Part shown: positions 38,532 to 53,703 of the stretch, one piece after another
Numbering within the stretch: position 1 is the stretch's first letter
Layout of the letters: every line of letters begins with the position of its first letter
Assembly (NCBI RefSeq): GCF_964355755.1
Contig: NC_092672.1
Coordinates: 15,872,001-15,936,000 of the forward strand
Length of the DNA stretch: 64,000 bases
Direction: 5' to 3'
Source of the DNA: Antedon mediterranea
Lineage: Eukaryota > Animalia > Echinodermata
Position numbers and translations under genes: made by a program
Notes under the pieces: model-generated
Database searches by the model: none
What the model saw: only the letters and a program-made list of their open reading frames with translations
Told to the model about the DNA's origin: nothing

Positions 38532-39806
38532 CAGTCAACTCTCCCAATACCGGACACCCTTGGGCGGGCATATATTTTCCGGTTTTTCGAAAGTCCGGTT
38601 TCCTGAAAACATATTTTTAAAGTCATCACGTTGTCACCGAATGCTGCCCGGTACGGTCTCCTAGCGTAGGCAAGGCCTAGGCTAGGCTATGATTGTGTCA
38701 ATCTAGTTTTAATTAAATAAATACTGATAGGCCTAGGCCTACTTTATTAATATTAAGCTACAGTAATTCAATTTACCTTTTTTAAAAGTTACATTATTTA
38801 CTGTACCAATAAAACATGTTACAATAGTAAATTATTGTTTCTCAATGTGTTTTTAACGGCAAAAAGGCCTACGTACGTACGTACGGTGAACATAATTTCG
38901 GTCTGTTTATTGTTTTTCGTGAGCTAGCTAGCAGCAGCAGCATGGGTGAAGGGCTTTGATTGATGCGCATGTGCAGAGGTGTCATAATCAAATAAAAACG
39001 CCCACACCTAGACCACATGTTTTTTAAGCTCCTTTATTTTGACGTAATTTGATAGCAATGATGAAAATTGATTAGGTAAACGAGCCAAGCAATAATGACA
39101 CAATAATTAATTGGTAACATTTCAAAGTTTATTAACACTAGTTAAGTCAAGTTCATTCCGTTTACGTTTTGCCATAATGATTTCCAAATTTATAATGATG
39201 CACATTTTGAGTCCCGTTTTGCAATTGTGAATTTAACAATAATTTAAACAAAACAAAGACACAGGAATGTAAATTTAACTTTATTAAAAAACAATTCATA
39301 TGCTAAAAAACAGGGAGTTGTTAACAACTCCCTGCTAAAAACAATAGAGACATAGCGCTTCGATGTGAAAAAGCCCACCGCAGTTCGATACGCAACAAAG
39401 CAATTGCCGCCTCGTGGGTTAACAATGAACTGACCTGTCAATCACAGTGTAGTGCTCCATGGCAACATTATGATTTGATCGTACCGCGAAACGTCGCGCA
39501 CTTCATGCATGGTGAGGGTATGGTTAAAAGCTTTTGTACATTGTGAATGTAGTGAATCCGAGTCAGCGACGACGGTGTTACGTTGTTTTCGTAAATATTT
39601 GGAGTTTTTTAACCATCAGTCCGGTTTTCAGACGCTAATTTTCGTGTTTTGTACTTCATAATTTGTCCGGATTCCGGAATTGGGTATTCCGGTGTTCATA
39701 ATAAATTACAGTACATTTAGAATAGGGACAAATTGGGCCCTCCAAAAAAGTCCGGTTTTTCGTGAATTCCGGTTTTGGGAGAGTCCGGTATTGGGAGAGT
39801 TGACTG
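38532..39806 (-). mobile_element. Family A MITE, second copy
   Basis: TA TSD; full-length reverse complement of 2778-4044 with small indels. Confidence 0.9.
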
Positions 39807-42519
39807 TACGACAAAAGGCCCGACCAGAATTTAGAGGGGAAAAACATGCGAATCCTGGGAACAGTTTAGAGCTGTATTGCGTATCAAGTGACGCAAAATC
39901 TAGGTACACTGTTTGTAACCACCCCTCGTACCGAGTTAAAAAAACATGTGAGAGGTTTGCGGTGGTAAAACAGAGTATCACGTTTCATGACATGTGCCCA
40001 AAAAAACTAGGTCTGTATAAATTACGGTCTTCTGTCGGCAGTCTTTTTGAGCGACCGACTGAACGTTCTGATACTACAGTATATTTAGAATGAATTTGTT
40101 ACGATCTTTTTGTTGGCTTCGTTTCTTGAGTTCGCTATATTATTTTAATTAGTTGGCTTAGTTCATTGTGTTGGATCGTGCCTCTACGTTTACATTGTGG
40201 GAAATTTATATTCGCCGTTGAGAGTAAACACGCACGAAGGAAATGGTTACGAATAAAAAATATTATATTATATATTTCTTAGTAATGTACAAATTGGTCC
40301 TCCTCCGCCAGTCAAAATTAACACATTAATTTATAATTTTCACACCTTCTTGTTACTTCACTAAGAACATCGTAGGGTTGTTTATTAGGGTTACTAACGA
40401 AGCCAAACAATGTAACCTACAAAGCCAACAACGTAGCCTTAATCTATTTAACTAATAGATATTATTATAATTATTATATCATTAATTACATTATTTAGTA
40501 ATCATGCTGTAACCATACTGCCTAAAAAATGCTGATGGCTGTGCGGCGACAATTCTTTGTATTTGCCGCGCCCGCCCTGGCTAACTTATGTGTACGGCGG
40601 TAGAATTGTTTTATATTCCTTCTTTAAAACGGAGGTGATTTTCCACGAGGTTTGTGTCCGCGTGTCACACTGTGCTGTGTGTACTGTTTGGTGTCCTTTT
40701 GTGTGATTGGGTAAGGCAGCATGCAATAAATGGACAAACTTCCAATCACAACGAGTGTAAAATGTTTAGGGGCTTTGAACGCTTGAATGAACCTGACTCC
40801 GTTGTGGCGATGACGTGTGGAAACTCCTTGGTTGGTGAGCCTTCCGTATCTTTTTAACGAAAATAGTCGAGTCAACTACGCCCTCTATCTATTTTATGTT
40901 GAAACTTCAACTCTTGTTTTTAGAGATATTAATAAGACAATAGCGCCGTAAAGCTAGGTTACTTATTCCTTATTCGACATTCGTCAATGGAAGTTGGTTC
41001 CTTATTCGACGTTGGCATTCGCTAGGCTAGGCCAAAATTTTGAAATTGATAATTTCCCAGCGGTAAATATGCCATGCGCCACCAACCAATCTCTTGCAGT
41101 TACTTATATATTCAATCGTGAAGTTGGTTCCTTATTTGACGTTCGTACCAAAGTAGACATACCGGGCCAGGTACACAATAGTACAGATTGACGTAGAATG
41201 GTCCTGGCATTCCAGAAATGTGCCACTTTCCCCGGCCCAGTGTGGGCAAATACGTGTTTTAAAGCAATTTAAAATGTGTGTTTATTCTGTATCTTGTTAC
41301 TAATAGACCGGGCGCCCAGAAGATTTATTCATGTGAAAAGCCACAAAAGGTCTGATGGGCTGATTATGTAGATATATGGCCAAGATTTAATAATCAATAT
41401 TGCTGCTGGGTCCTATCCTGTAAATTTACCCTGGGGACACCAAATAAGAGGGGTAAAAAATGGATTTAATCATGTGAAAAACCACACGGATAAAAGTTGT
41501 TGGACATATCCCCATATGTGTATACAATGTTAAAACAGCAATGACGGCAACTTTATCCTGTAAGCTGCCCGAGACAGTAGCCCCAAGTGACCACTAAAAA
41601 ATGGTGTTATTCATGTCAAGAGCCACACGGCTAATTCCTTTTGCATTGCAACTGTTACACATTATTATTTTAACGATAAAAATTGAATTTTTGAGTCTTT
41701 CTCATTATCAAAATCTGGCTAATTTAGTAGTTATAATTTAGTTTTATAGTTTTATACATTTTCATGTAAGGCCAATATGAGCATTGTTTTCAGGTACACA
41801 TGCACATTTGGCATAACCAAACTAGAGTATGATCAGAAGCGAACTGTTTGGTGATGTAATCCCCAGTTTCTTGTTCGTTGAGGAAGTGTAATGCTTACTA
41901 TGTCCATGTACTAATCAAAGTAGAGCTGTCATTTTTTACCTTAGATCACAGGGCTCGCAGAATCCTAAAATATTTGGTTGCCCTTCGGGCAAGTAGGTTT
42001 TATATTTTTGTTGCCCTCATCATTTTTTACTTGCCCACTATTTTAACTTAATTTTAACGTTTTATACCGCGACTGCACCGCGAAAAAACTTCGGTGAAAA
42101 ACGCCTATGCTTAATACACTGTTGTGTTTTTTTCGATGGATTTTAAGTATTGAAAACAATTTTTCAAATTTTTTCAATTACACAGTGATGTAGGCCAATC
42201 TTTTAAGAACATTTTACAGTAGTTTATTTTCTCATACGAGAAGAGTTGCGATTGTTTAATTAACATGGTGTCCTGAAATCCCTTGAAAACGCTATGTTAT
42301 TTCTGTTGGTTACGCTTCGTTGCACGGCATTGTTTGTCATCGATCGAAGATGTGTTCCATTTCGTGAATGAAAAAGGCGTATTCACGTGGGTTTACTTTG
42401 GGAGCAAAAAAGTTTTGCTTCTATTTTGCAATGACATTCCGAAATCAAGCTATTTTGCGATATTCAAAATGTAGTGGCCTAGACATGGCACTAATTATCT
42501 TACAATTATTTAATAGATA

Positions 42520-43261
42520 TAGTCGACTCCGCCTAAGTCGAATTAGCGCAAGTCGAAAAATCGCGAAAGTCGAATTTTTAGGAGTCCCAATTCTTTCCTA
42601 TACATTAATGTGTAATTTTTATTTCTAAATCAAATTTTTCTAAGTCGAAATTCGTCTTTTTGCGGTCCGAATACCCACATTCTTTAGTGATTTATATCGT
42701 ATAAGTCGAAGTCACAAATTACGCGGCAACAACGCGTTAAAAAAGCCGATGAAACGTACGTAATTCGATAAACAAACAACAGAGGGGATAATGTGGGACC
42801 ATATCGGTTCTCTCAAGCAGTATACTATAGTATAGGCGGCGTCCTACAACTCGCGCTAGTGTATAGTGTATGAGTTGTTTCAGAGTTGAGAACTTGAGCG
42901 GCGTTTTGTGGGTACCTATTTTGTGCTAGACAGATGGCAATAAACAATGGATACCGATTTCGAATAAGAACCGAAATGTATTTATTATACGTTTTTGTAT
43001 TGTTTCGGAAAAATACAGTTTATCATTGCCGATAAAGAGGCTTAGCATTTATTAGGCCTAGCTAGCTAGCTAATCAAACTCAATTCAAGAAGGCTCTCGC
43101 GACAGGGCAGGGTCCACTAGGCCTAGGCCTAGCCATAGCGCAGCTAGTGAGTGAACCTAGGCCTAGGCCTAGCATTTTTTTGGCAAATCTGTAAGTCGAA
43201 GTTCGCGTAACTCGAATTTTTATACCGGTCCCATTAGATTCGACTTAGGCGGAGTCGACTG
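42520..43261. mobile_element. Tc1/pogo-type MITE
   Basis: TA TSD; TIR (C/T)AGTCGACTCCGCCTAAGTCGAA. Confidence 0.85.
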
Positions 43262-43889
43262 TATATCTAAAATATTGCCTATAGAAATGTAGGCCTAGGC
43301 CTAAAAAGTTTAAACAAAGTACTTATGAAGGTGATGAGCTTGCCGAAGCCTAGTTGAAATCATAGAAGAAAAAAAAAACAAACATCAACTGACATCCGTC
43401 TATGTGACGTGAAACAATACGCATGCGTATAGCAAAAAACCTCACAGCAGCTGCCGTACGTAGTAGGAGCACATGGGTACGGTGTGTGGAGAGTGCGGGC
43501 TTGTGGAAGTTTACTTGTTGTTTCAGTAGAAGCTCGCACAGGTTGGATGAAAACAACCATCTGCTCGCACAAGTTGGTGATTGAAAACAACACAAGGGAA
43601 CTGTGCCGAATTGTGGTGAAAACCACGTGCTCCGCCAAGTTGGAGTTTTTGAAAGTTCAACTCTCGGCGATACCCGAAGAAGTGTATTATTTTCAATGTT
43701 GATAATAAAAAATAAACTAACTATTTAAGTATTCAATGTATTTATTAAATAAATTATTAGGCCTATTAAATTTATATTCTGTAATATTAATAAGTCAAAG
43801 TCACTGTGGGAAACTAGAGGCTCGCAATTTAAGATATGTTATATTAAAATACAATAAAATATGAAAAATACAATTAATTAAAAAGAGTT

Positions 43890-44955
43890 GTGCCAGATGA
43901 GCAGGAGTAACAGCCTTGCTGAAAGGTGATGTATCGTGGTGGAGCGGATGACTCGCATCTTTAGAAACATCACCGAACATCTTATCAAGTAAATTAAAGT
44001 AGACCGACTCTGACTGCTGATCCCAACCAATCATCACCCTTACAAGGCGATCAACCTTGCTCTTTTTACAAGGTGATCAACCTTGCTCTTGCCCACTTGA
44101 GTAGCATTTTCACCCCAACCGACAATGCAATATGTCCATACACTACATATAACAGAATTATAAAATCACAGGAGAATGATTAAAAACGACACCCCAAGGT
44201 ATGTGAATATGAACGCGATCAATAGGATTATTTTTTATAAGAACCTAGTTAAAATTACTCTTCTTTTTCTAAAATCAACAATTATTTCCTTAGATTTAGA
44301 TGCATTCGATTCAAGATAATTATCATCACAATACTTTGTGAAATTATGAAATTCTTGAATATAGTGGGAATTATCATCGTTCTTAATTAAGCCAAACATG
44401 ACACATAGCATAGTTGCAATCAAAATACATGAAACTGAATGCAATTTATCACAAAAGGTTTGAAGACCAAAAATCAACGACTAAAACGGCATTTTTACTC
44501 TAAATACTGGTAAGAAAAATATTGAGAGACCACGTAAAATTGCACAATGTATTATTAAAGCTGATCTAACGCCTTGTTCATTTATCTATGAAAAGAGTAT
44601 TTAAAAAAAGTAAACAATATTATGAAAGACCCCACTCATCCGTTACATTACTGTTATAACTTAAAATAGATCAGGTATTAGGCTACGACCTCCAAGAGCA
44701 AATCTTTGTAGAACTAGAAAATCCTTCGTTGTAAATAGCATTCATATTTTTAATTCTAATGTAAGACGATAATGCAATTTTTAAATAGTTTTACATTTTT
44801 AACAGTTTTTTTTAATTTTTAACTTTTTATCTTGTATTTTAATCTGTTATAATACTACATTTTTTATGTTTTTTATTGTTGTTTTAATCTACCAAGCAAA
44901 GTGAATTTCCATTTTTATGGACAAATAAAATTTCTTGAATCTTGAATCTTGAATC
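43890..44955. mobile_element. Old LINE 3' fragments in both orientations (Rex/Babar- or L2-like)
   Basis: Minus strand: YCDDNYLESNASKSKEIIVDFRK, DASHPLH; plus strand: IMKDPTHPLH..SGIRLRPPRA..RKSFV with (TCTTGAA)n tail at 44932-44955. Confidence 0.6.
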
Positions 44956-46063
44956 TATGTGCACAAGTACGCACGTGCAACGCAAACAAAATTGAAATTT
45001 TGAAATGCTCAATATGGCCTGAAACGTGCGCAAAATTAATATTTTTTATTTGCGTAACACGCAAACACGTAAAACTTGCTCTTCTGAATTTCTGACCAAA
45101 ATGTCGTAAATTTGCACGTAACTTTGTGCTGTGTGGCTCTGACGTCATAAAACGAAGGTTGCTGCACATCACATAAAGGTCTATATTCATTCAAAGTCAC
45201 AAAATGTACTGGGGATCAAGTTTTAGACAAACCTGGCTTCCAGACAAAAGTTGCAAAGTTTTCAAATAAAAGCCCACGGGCCAATACCCCACTCTGAAAC
45301 TTTATGGAAATTAGCTTATTGTTTTTCACAGGTAAATTTATGAAAACATTCTTTTACCTATGAAACTACTTTATCAATTGTCCGTTACTAATTCCATGCA
45401 CGATGTACAGAGTAATATAAGAAAAATGAAAATACTGGGCCTCCTCCTCGCATGTGTACAGCTTCTACCATGTTGGATGCACGGTCTAAAAATTTCTTAA
45501 ATTACCTACCCAAATTGAAAATTGTGTAATCTATAATGACTTGACTGCTCATTGACCAATCAGTGATGTATTAAATGCACTGGGTTTAATGTGCTTTGAA
45601 GAAGCTTTCTATTTTAATTAATTTTGGTTAACTGTGTTGGCACATGGTTTTCTGTGTTCTTAGTTTTAATTTTCTAAATTTCAAACATGCTCCTGGGACA
45701 AGAGGATATGTCAAATGTGGTTCTACGACCGTAAAAAACACTTGTGTGGGTTTGCTCAGCCCCGCAACTGAAGCTGATGTAGGCTAATAAATTCTAATTC
45801 TGTTTTTTTCTAACGATTCCATCACATCTTATAGAGTTGTTTCCATTAATTAATTAAAATCTTACAAATGTGACCCACATTATCCAATCAAATGAGAATA
45901 ATATATTTACAGTAGGTGTGTATAAATATACTAATAAAATATATTATTTAAGACTCACCCTGATTTTGTGGGGGAGTCAATTAAGAAAATTGTTAAGAAA
46001 TAATCAAATGTTTGGTTGGATGTAATACAAATTTAATTTAAGAATCTCTTTTATTTTTAAAAG

Positions 46064-46208
46064 GTGTGTTGGAAAGTGGGAGTGATGATTTTGAATCAGC
46101 AGAGGATATTAATGAAGCAGTTGGAGGATTTTTACTCGAAGTTGCTGGTGAGAAGGCTTCCAATCTTGTAGATCAAGTTTGTGAACAGCTTTCTAAGGTT
46201 TTGAAACT
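46064..46208 (+). CDS. ABCF3: ABCF3 coding exon 2
   Basis: (G)VLESGSDDFESAEDINEAVGGFLLEVAGEKASNLVDQVCEQLSKVLK(L); AG/GTAAGA boundaries, phase-compatible. Confidence 0.93.
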
Positions 46209-46381
46209 GTAAGAGCTCATTCCCACTCAATAGTAAAACCAATGTTTCACATTGGATACATTAAGACTGTCATTTTAAGTATGTCAATAGATTATTCCTA
46301 ATTAAATGTTTGAAAATTTAATTTTATACATAGAATTAGATAATAATAAATACTTTATTTTAACATGGAAAAGCTTGTATT

Positions 46382-49250
46382 CCCTTTGCAAAAAAACCGT
46401 ATACGAACGTATACGATTTACATACGTTTCGTATATGTTTCGTATAGGAAGTCCACTTCGTATACGTCAATTCGGAAGTTCCTGCCCGCATAATAAACAC
46501 ATACGAACCGTATACGATCATTTATAAACAATTTCCTAATTATACGCTCCGTATACGATCCGTATATGATCCGTATACGACGACGCGTGTATACAAACTG
46601 CATCGTATTACCAAGCGAAAAGGGACTGTCCCTCTTTTTACAAGACAACGATAGCATACGTTTACGATCGCAGGAGCATCTTGACTTCAATAATTAATTT
46701 ACAATTTGGTTTTTTTTCAGTCGGTATATGTACATTAAATTCCCTATGATGATTTAGTTCATAGTTTTCGCGAATGAAAATTTGGTGCTGTATTTTACTA
46801 GACGTTGTTTTTCTAGCAAGCATAAAAACCCACCCAGGCTGTTCTGTCTTGTTTATCCCCTCTGCTATTTCTTTACCTTTTGTATGTTCCATTAATAAGT
46901 GAATCACACAAAATGTGCTGTTATTAATTTGAAAGTGCTTTAAATAATATTAATGTACTTGGAAATAAATAAATAAATATTAAATTGGGCCCGCAGTATA
47001 TTAAATTTAAAACGAGTACGTAAAATCCATAAATTACGATTTAATAAAAATGTAGAATACATGTGGCTCCCTACTATATATATGGAATGATCCAAATAAA
47101 TTCGCCCACAACGTGCCTGTGTTTAATGTGTGCTGCATGCATGCATCACATGGATGGATCAGATTTCATTCATTTTCAATCATCATTGTTGATTTTTTGG
47201 CTACGAGTTTTAACTCACCATAAAAAAAAAAGTAAAAAATGGGATGTAGGCCTAGTTACAGTAGGCCAAAGTAGATAGTAAATTCGATGACTTCTAGCTA
47301 TCTAGGCTATAGGCATATTGTAATTGTATATATCGAATATGCAGTATATAGCTACTGCAGCAGCTCTAGTAAACTAAGAGTAACTAGGCCTGGGGAAAAT
47401 ACGCCAAGGAAAAGAGTCTGTGGTACACTCATTGTGAAAATAAGCTAGCTAGCTTTCCCCCATATATTAGATTTGGTTATATTGTATTATTTTAATAACC
47501 TACTCTAGCTAGTAGTATATCAACAACGGTGAAATGGAAATACGATGCATTATGGATATCATCGTTGCAGAGTTAGGGGGTGCCAACAAAACATTCAACA
47601 GCCAGAAATACAAAAAAGAAGCTCCGACGTTTTTATTTAGAGCATTTTACTATTTTAGGCATACAGAACTAATTGCTGTAAATTTCCTAGAGTTGTCACT
47701 GATAAATACAATAACCTACATATAACTTAAAAAATCCAAATGATAAATTGTACGTGAACGCAGTAAAACCAACCAGTTAAATGTTTGTTAAATAATTATT
47801 TTACATCTCTCTGGTAAAATGGTACCCTACGCCCCCATTTTTATGCCTCCATCTGTACACACGCCTGCCGGCTATTTGTTTATCATTTTAATGAATGTAG
47901 TACGAGTCTAACTCCAAATAAAGATATAGAACACATTTTAAGAATTCAAAGTGTTGATCTTTTTTAAGAATCTGATATATACCATGAATCATCTTTTTAC
48001 ATAATATACAGCATAAGCATGTACAATCTAATTTAATTGTCACACAATTGAATTAACAAAGGACAAGGATTTCAAATAAACTGTTACAAATAAACAATTA
48101 TTAATGAAATAGTTGGGGTATTGTTGGGTCCATGGGAAATCAACAATGTTTAGTAGACTTATTTAATTTGTTATTTAAAGTTGAGGGTAGTTATTTTTTA
48201 AACAATTATTGGAATACCATGAAAATAAAGAAAGATATGTTTTATGATTTCTTAATCACCAAGCAGAAATAATGAAAGCAATTCAATCTGTTCGCTACCG
48301 GGAATAAATTGAGATTCGATATAATTGTATTTACTATCACCACTAATTGTGTTTTTTTAAATTCATATATAATTCATAATTCATACAATTTATATATATT
48401 CAAAATCCGAATGTATTCATTGTTAAATAATAATTATTATAATGACCTTACTTCTGTTTTGGGTCATGGTTTTCCTCTTCGGCATTGCCGAATTATTGTT
48501 ACTCCATCTCCATTGCTACAACACACGTCGCGGAATAATATCGCTTAACATAACGATGTAATTTGACCACCCAAAGCTTGCACGTGGCGTGACGAATTGA
48601 GAACGACGAACCCGATGATTCACCCGATGATATGCATGATTGGCCACCAGGGAGCCGAGTCGACCACGAGTTGGAACTGTAGGCAACCGAGCAACGCTCG
48701 GTCGTCGTCGGCGGCTGCACTTACTGACCTCTGTCATTTTTTATAAAGGAAAACTGCAAACAACATCGTCGATTTGTGAAAATGGCCCCTTGTTTTTTCT
48801 AGGCCTACCTAGTAGTATACCTGTTTAGCGTACTTTATTTACTTGCGAAAAACGTTGTTTGAATTTTATCGGTAGCCTAGGCTATCTAATAAATATAGAA
48901 ATAAATATGATCTTATGTTCTAGCTCCTACTACTTATTAATAATTAATACTACTAGAGGCCTATCTATGGCTGGTGCTAGCTAGAGGACTAGCCCTAGGC
49001 CAGAGCCTACGTACGTATTAGTTGTAATGACAATTTAAATGTTTTATTTAGCTCTATTCTACTCATTACTGCTATTATAATTTATAAAATGGCCTAGTTT
49101 GTTCGTATATGATTCGTATACGATATTCTTATCATGAATAAACAACGTATACGTTACGTATGCTAAACGTATACGACGCCAACTCTTTGTGGAGCAACAG
49201 AGTGGAAATAATGTAAACAGTGAAATCGTATACGGCTTTTTTGCAAAGGG
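46382..49250. mobile_element. EnSpm/CMC-like non-autonomous element
   Basis: CCCTTTGCAAAAAA.CCGTATACGA TIRs, 2-bp TT flanks, subterminal CGTATACG repeats. Confidence 0.78.
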
Positions 49251-49324
49251 TTACCTCAAAGGTGTTCTTCTACAAGGCCTTGGTTAACTTGCAGTACTAT
49301 GGATTTAAAATAACAAAATGAAAA

Positions 49325-52220
49325 CTAGATTTAATTCGTCACTATGAGTATGACGAATTATAGGTTATATGCATTGATTTAAATAAAGATAATTGATTTT
49401 TAAAAGATATATTGATTGATTGATTTTCTCAGAATCTTTAATTACTTATAATATATGATAGGACCTTGCTAACGCGAACACCATAGCCGGTATCACAATC
49501 CGATCAAAGATCCATATGCGTATAATGTCATAAACCACATTTGTTGTTACATAATAATAAAGACATAAGTTAATTTTTATCTAGATTTCATTATAAATCA
49601 TGTGTATAATCTATACACTAAGAAATAAATTTGAACAAACAATACGGATAATAAAAAAAAAAATCTTATTTCGTTTCCCAAGGTGAGACTCGATCTCGGT
49701 ACCTTGAATGCCATAGACACGAGCACAGACCACCTAGCCGTACACAACTGACTAAAAGTTGTAGAAAAATTCCTCCGTGTATTTACTATGCAGTAACCAC
49801 TTTGATGCAAATAGATTATTACATACCGAAATGAATTATAATTTTTTACTATGATGACATCTTTAAAATGTATACAAATGATGCACTGTCAAACTACATA
49901 CTTTTAACTTTAATATATGAATTTTTGAAGGAAGAAAGTTAATGTTAAGTTTGTTATTTTGGCCTAAGAAAATGTCATAATTTGTTTGATTGTCGAAATT
50001 ATGTTCTTTTAATTTAATATGCAATTAATGATGACTTAATCAACTTTTGTTCTCTTAATTTGATAATAAATCATACATATGATACATACACTTCAAGAAA
50101 ATGAAATAAAAAATAGGTGTTCCCCTGCATTCTGACGATATATATTAATTTTAAAATTTAGTATATTTTCACCATTTTGTTAACTTATACGTGCGTAGCC
50201 AGTCACTTTTGACGTGCTCGTATAACGCAATTTCGAGTTGAAACCTGAATCAAATATGATGATATTATTAAAGAAAGATTGTAAAACAGAAATCGGGCAA
50301 AAAGAGTGCGCATTAACGTTTAACGCGCAGTGCGCTTGCAAAAATCTGCGCACTCATGGCAATTTTTTAAACGCTTAAAATTGCCTGAAACGTACTCTAA
50401 TTTCATCGAAAATAAATTTTGACAATTTTGAACATTTTAAGCGCGCGTACGCAAGCGTTATATGCGCTACGCACGTAATTTAATTGCCATATGATGAAAT
50501 ATGACCTGAAATTTATGAGTACCAAATTTTGTTTAATTGTGATTCATGCTTGTGAAGATATGATTACAAACGTGATTTCGTAAAATCGCACGTAGACCGC
50601 GGAATTTTTGATTACGCATCGTGAAAATATAACCACATCGATTCCTGGCCATAAGGAATATACTCTGAAAACTTGACTTAGCTAGATGAAACTGATGCCA
50701 AGATAATGCACGGACAAAATAGTGCTAAGGAAAGAATAAATAAACTAGATTTAATTCGTCACTATGACGAATTATAGGTTATATGCATTGATTTAAATAA
50801 AGATAATTGATTTTTAAAAGATATTTTGATTTATTGATTTTCTCAGATTCTTTAATTATTTATAATATATGATAGGACCTTGCTAACGCGAATACAATAG
50901 CCGGTATCACAATCCGATCAAAGATCCCTCTGCGTATAATGTCATAAACCACATTTGCTGTTACATAATAATAAAGACATAAGTTATTTTTTATCTAGAT
51001 TTCATTATAAATCATGTGTATAATATATACACTAAGGAATAAATTTGAACAAACAATACGGATAATAAAAAAAAAATCTTATTTCGTTTCCCAAGGTGAG
51101 ACTCGATCTCGGTACCTTGAGTGCCATAGACACGAGCACACACCACCGAGCCATACACAACTGACTAAAAATTGTAGAAAAATTCCTCCGTGTATTTACT
51201 ATGCAGTAACCACTTTGGTGCAGATAGATTATTACATACCGCAATGAATTATAATTTTTTACTATGATGACATCTCTAAAAATGTACAAAAATGATGCAC
51301 TGTCAAACTATATACTTTTAACTTTAATATATGAACTTTTGAAGGAAGAAAGTTAATGTTAAGTTTGTTATTTTGGCCTAAGAAAATGTCATAATTTGTT
51401 TGATTGTCGAAATGAATTTTTTTTAATTTAATATGCAATTAATTATGGCTTAATCAACTTTTGTTCCCTTAGTTTAATAATAAATCATACATAAGATACA
51501 TACACTTCAAGAAAATGAAATAAAAAATATGTGTTCCCGAGCATTCTGATGATCTATATTAATTTTTAAATTTAGCATATTTTCACCATTTTGTTAACTT
51601 ACAAGTGCGTAGCCTGTCACTTTTGACGTGCTCGTATAAGGCAATTACGCGTTGAAAAGTGAATAAAATATGATGATATTATTAAAGAAAGGTTGTACAA
51701 CCGAAATCGGACAAAAAGAGTGCGCATTAACGTATAACGCGCAGTGCGCGTGCAAAAATCTGCGCACTCATGGCAATTTTTTAAACGCTTAAAATTGCCT
51801 GAAACGTACTCTAATTTCATCGAAAATAAATTTTGACAATTTTGAACATTTTAAGCGCGCGTACGCAAGCGTTATATGCGCTCCGCACGTAATTGTATTG
51901 CCATATGATGAAATATGACCTGAAATTTATGAGTACCAAATTTTGTTTAATTGTGATTCATGCTTGTGAAGATATGATTACAAACGTGATTTCGTAAAAT
52001 CGCGCGTAGACCGCGTAATTTTTGATTACGCATCGTGAAAATATAACCCCATCGATTCCTGGCCATAAGGAATATACTCTGAAAAATAGACTTAGATAGA
52101 TGAAACTGATATCAAGATAATTCACGGACAAAATAGTGCTAAGGAAAGAATAAATAAATAAATAAATAAAGATTTTGACAGAATCAAGAGGTTATATGCA
52201 TGATAATGCATATAACCTAA
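49325..52220 (-). mobile_element. Two tandem ~1.42-kb copies of a non-autonomous Helitron/Helentron (DINE-1/HINE-like)
   Basis: Units start at CTAG 49325 and 50745 next to hairpin AATTCGTCA..TGACGAATT; subterminal inverted repeat AGGTTATATGCA / TGCATATAACCT; (AAAT)n near the other end. Confidence 0.8.
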
Positions 52221-52882
52221 TAAATATTTACAGAAATAATTACACCAATAATTTTTCTAGACTATTCCATAATCTATCACCACGATATGATTTTTTTTAT
52301 ATTTCGTTTTGGTTATCCACATGAAAATTACTCAGTGACCATGTAAATTCCAACTACAGTCCATTATTTTTAAGGAGCGCCTGCGTGATCGCGCTCCTCC
52401 GCGACCTCTAAAGAGAGCACTTAATTGCGCTCCTTAAATCAGAAGTCAGCCTGCTTTTAAGCGCCAATTTACTTTTATTTCATTCAATGCAGTGTCACAT
52501 AAACACCTCCTCTAGAGGGAACAGAACAAGTACCAACCAAATGTTTTTTTTTAATTAAACAATGCAATTTTGATGTATAAGGTATAATTAATAAAACAAT
52601 ATTTAATAGTAGGCCTAAATACATATTTATTATTTGGATAGAGATTCTTCCCTTCTGTCTTTATAGGGACCGCTGTATGTAAACACACCAAATTGACACT
52701 CAAATAACCTTTTATAAGGTGTAATATTAATATTAAAATGATACTTTGTAACTTACCAATATTTTGTTGCCAATTGTATTACTTTGTGAAATACAGGTCA
52801 ATAACTCCAAATTTTCTGTCCGATTTTTAGGCCTAGCTAGGTAGCCCGGGTAATAACAAAGTGCGAGGCAAGTCAAAGATTT

Positions 52883-53703
52883 GGATTAGGCCAAGTTGAG
52901 CCGCCGACAAGTTGAGCCGCCGCCAGAAAAACGTTATTTTCTATGAAACGCCAAATGCTTACTTTCGCCGGTGCTCGTTTCTATTTAATAGAAGTTCTAT
53001 TTATATTAATTATTAGATATAACGATGTATATTCCAAAGTTTATATATCACGGTTTTTAGTATATATTATTAAATATTATAATTAAAGAGAAATAATTAT
53101 GAATATCTGACTTGTAGATTCCAAAATATAAGGCCTAAAACATGACCGAAAATGATCGTTTTTAGCCAAAAATGACGTAAACATGTTGCCCCCTTAGGCG
53201 GCAGTTGTATGAACTAGGCCTACTCCATTTTTCGGTAAAATAATTGCATAAAATCACCGTTTTTTAGTAAAATATTTTGTGTATTAACATTGTAAAATTC
53301 AATAAAATATGATATTAAAAGATAGTAGATAAAAAATAATTATTATTTAACCTCATTCGAAAAGTATCAATACTCTTAGTCCTGAGAGACAACATGATTT
53401 TACGCGAGAAAAATATTATGGAGTGCACTGCACTTGAAAGAATTTGAAAGATTTGAAAGATTAAAAACAATTAAATTATTAAATATGACTACTTTCCTTT
53501 GCTGTGTTGTTATAGCTGTTCAAACCAACAAAATTGTAGTATGTAATTATTATTTATTTTCATGACACAATAAACCTAAAGACCATGAACTTATGTACTA
53601 GGACACCCCTCTATCACTACGCGAAATGTCGTAAAAGACGCACTGGGCGTTTCATAGAAATTACCGGCGGCTCAACTTGTCGGCGGCCCAACCGGTCATA
53701 TCC
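52883..53703. mobile_element. Mutator-like MITE
   Basis: 9-bp TSD CAAAGATTT; TIRs containing GCCGCCGACAAGTTGAGCCGCCG. Confidence 0.85.
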
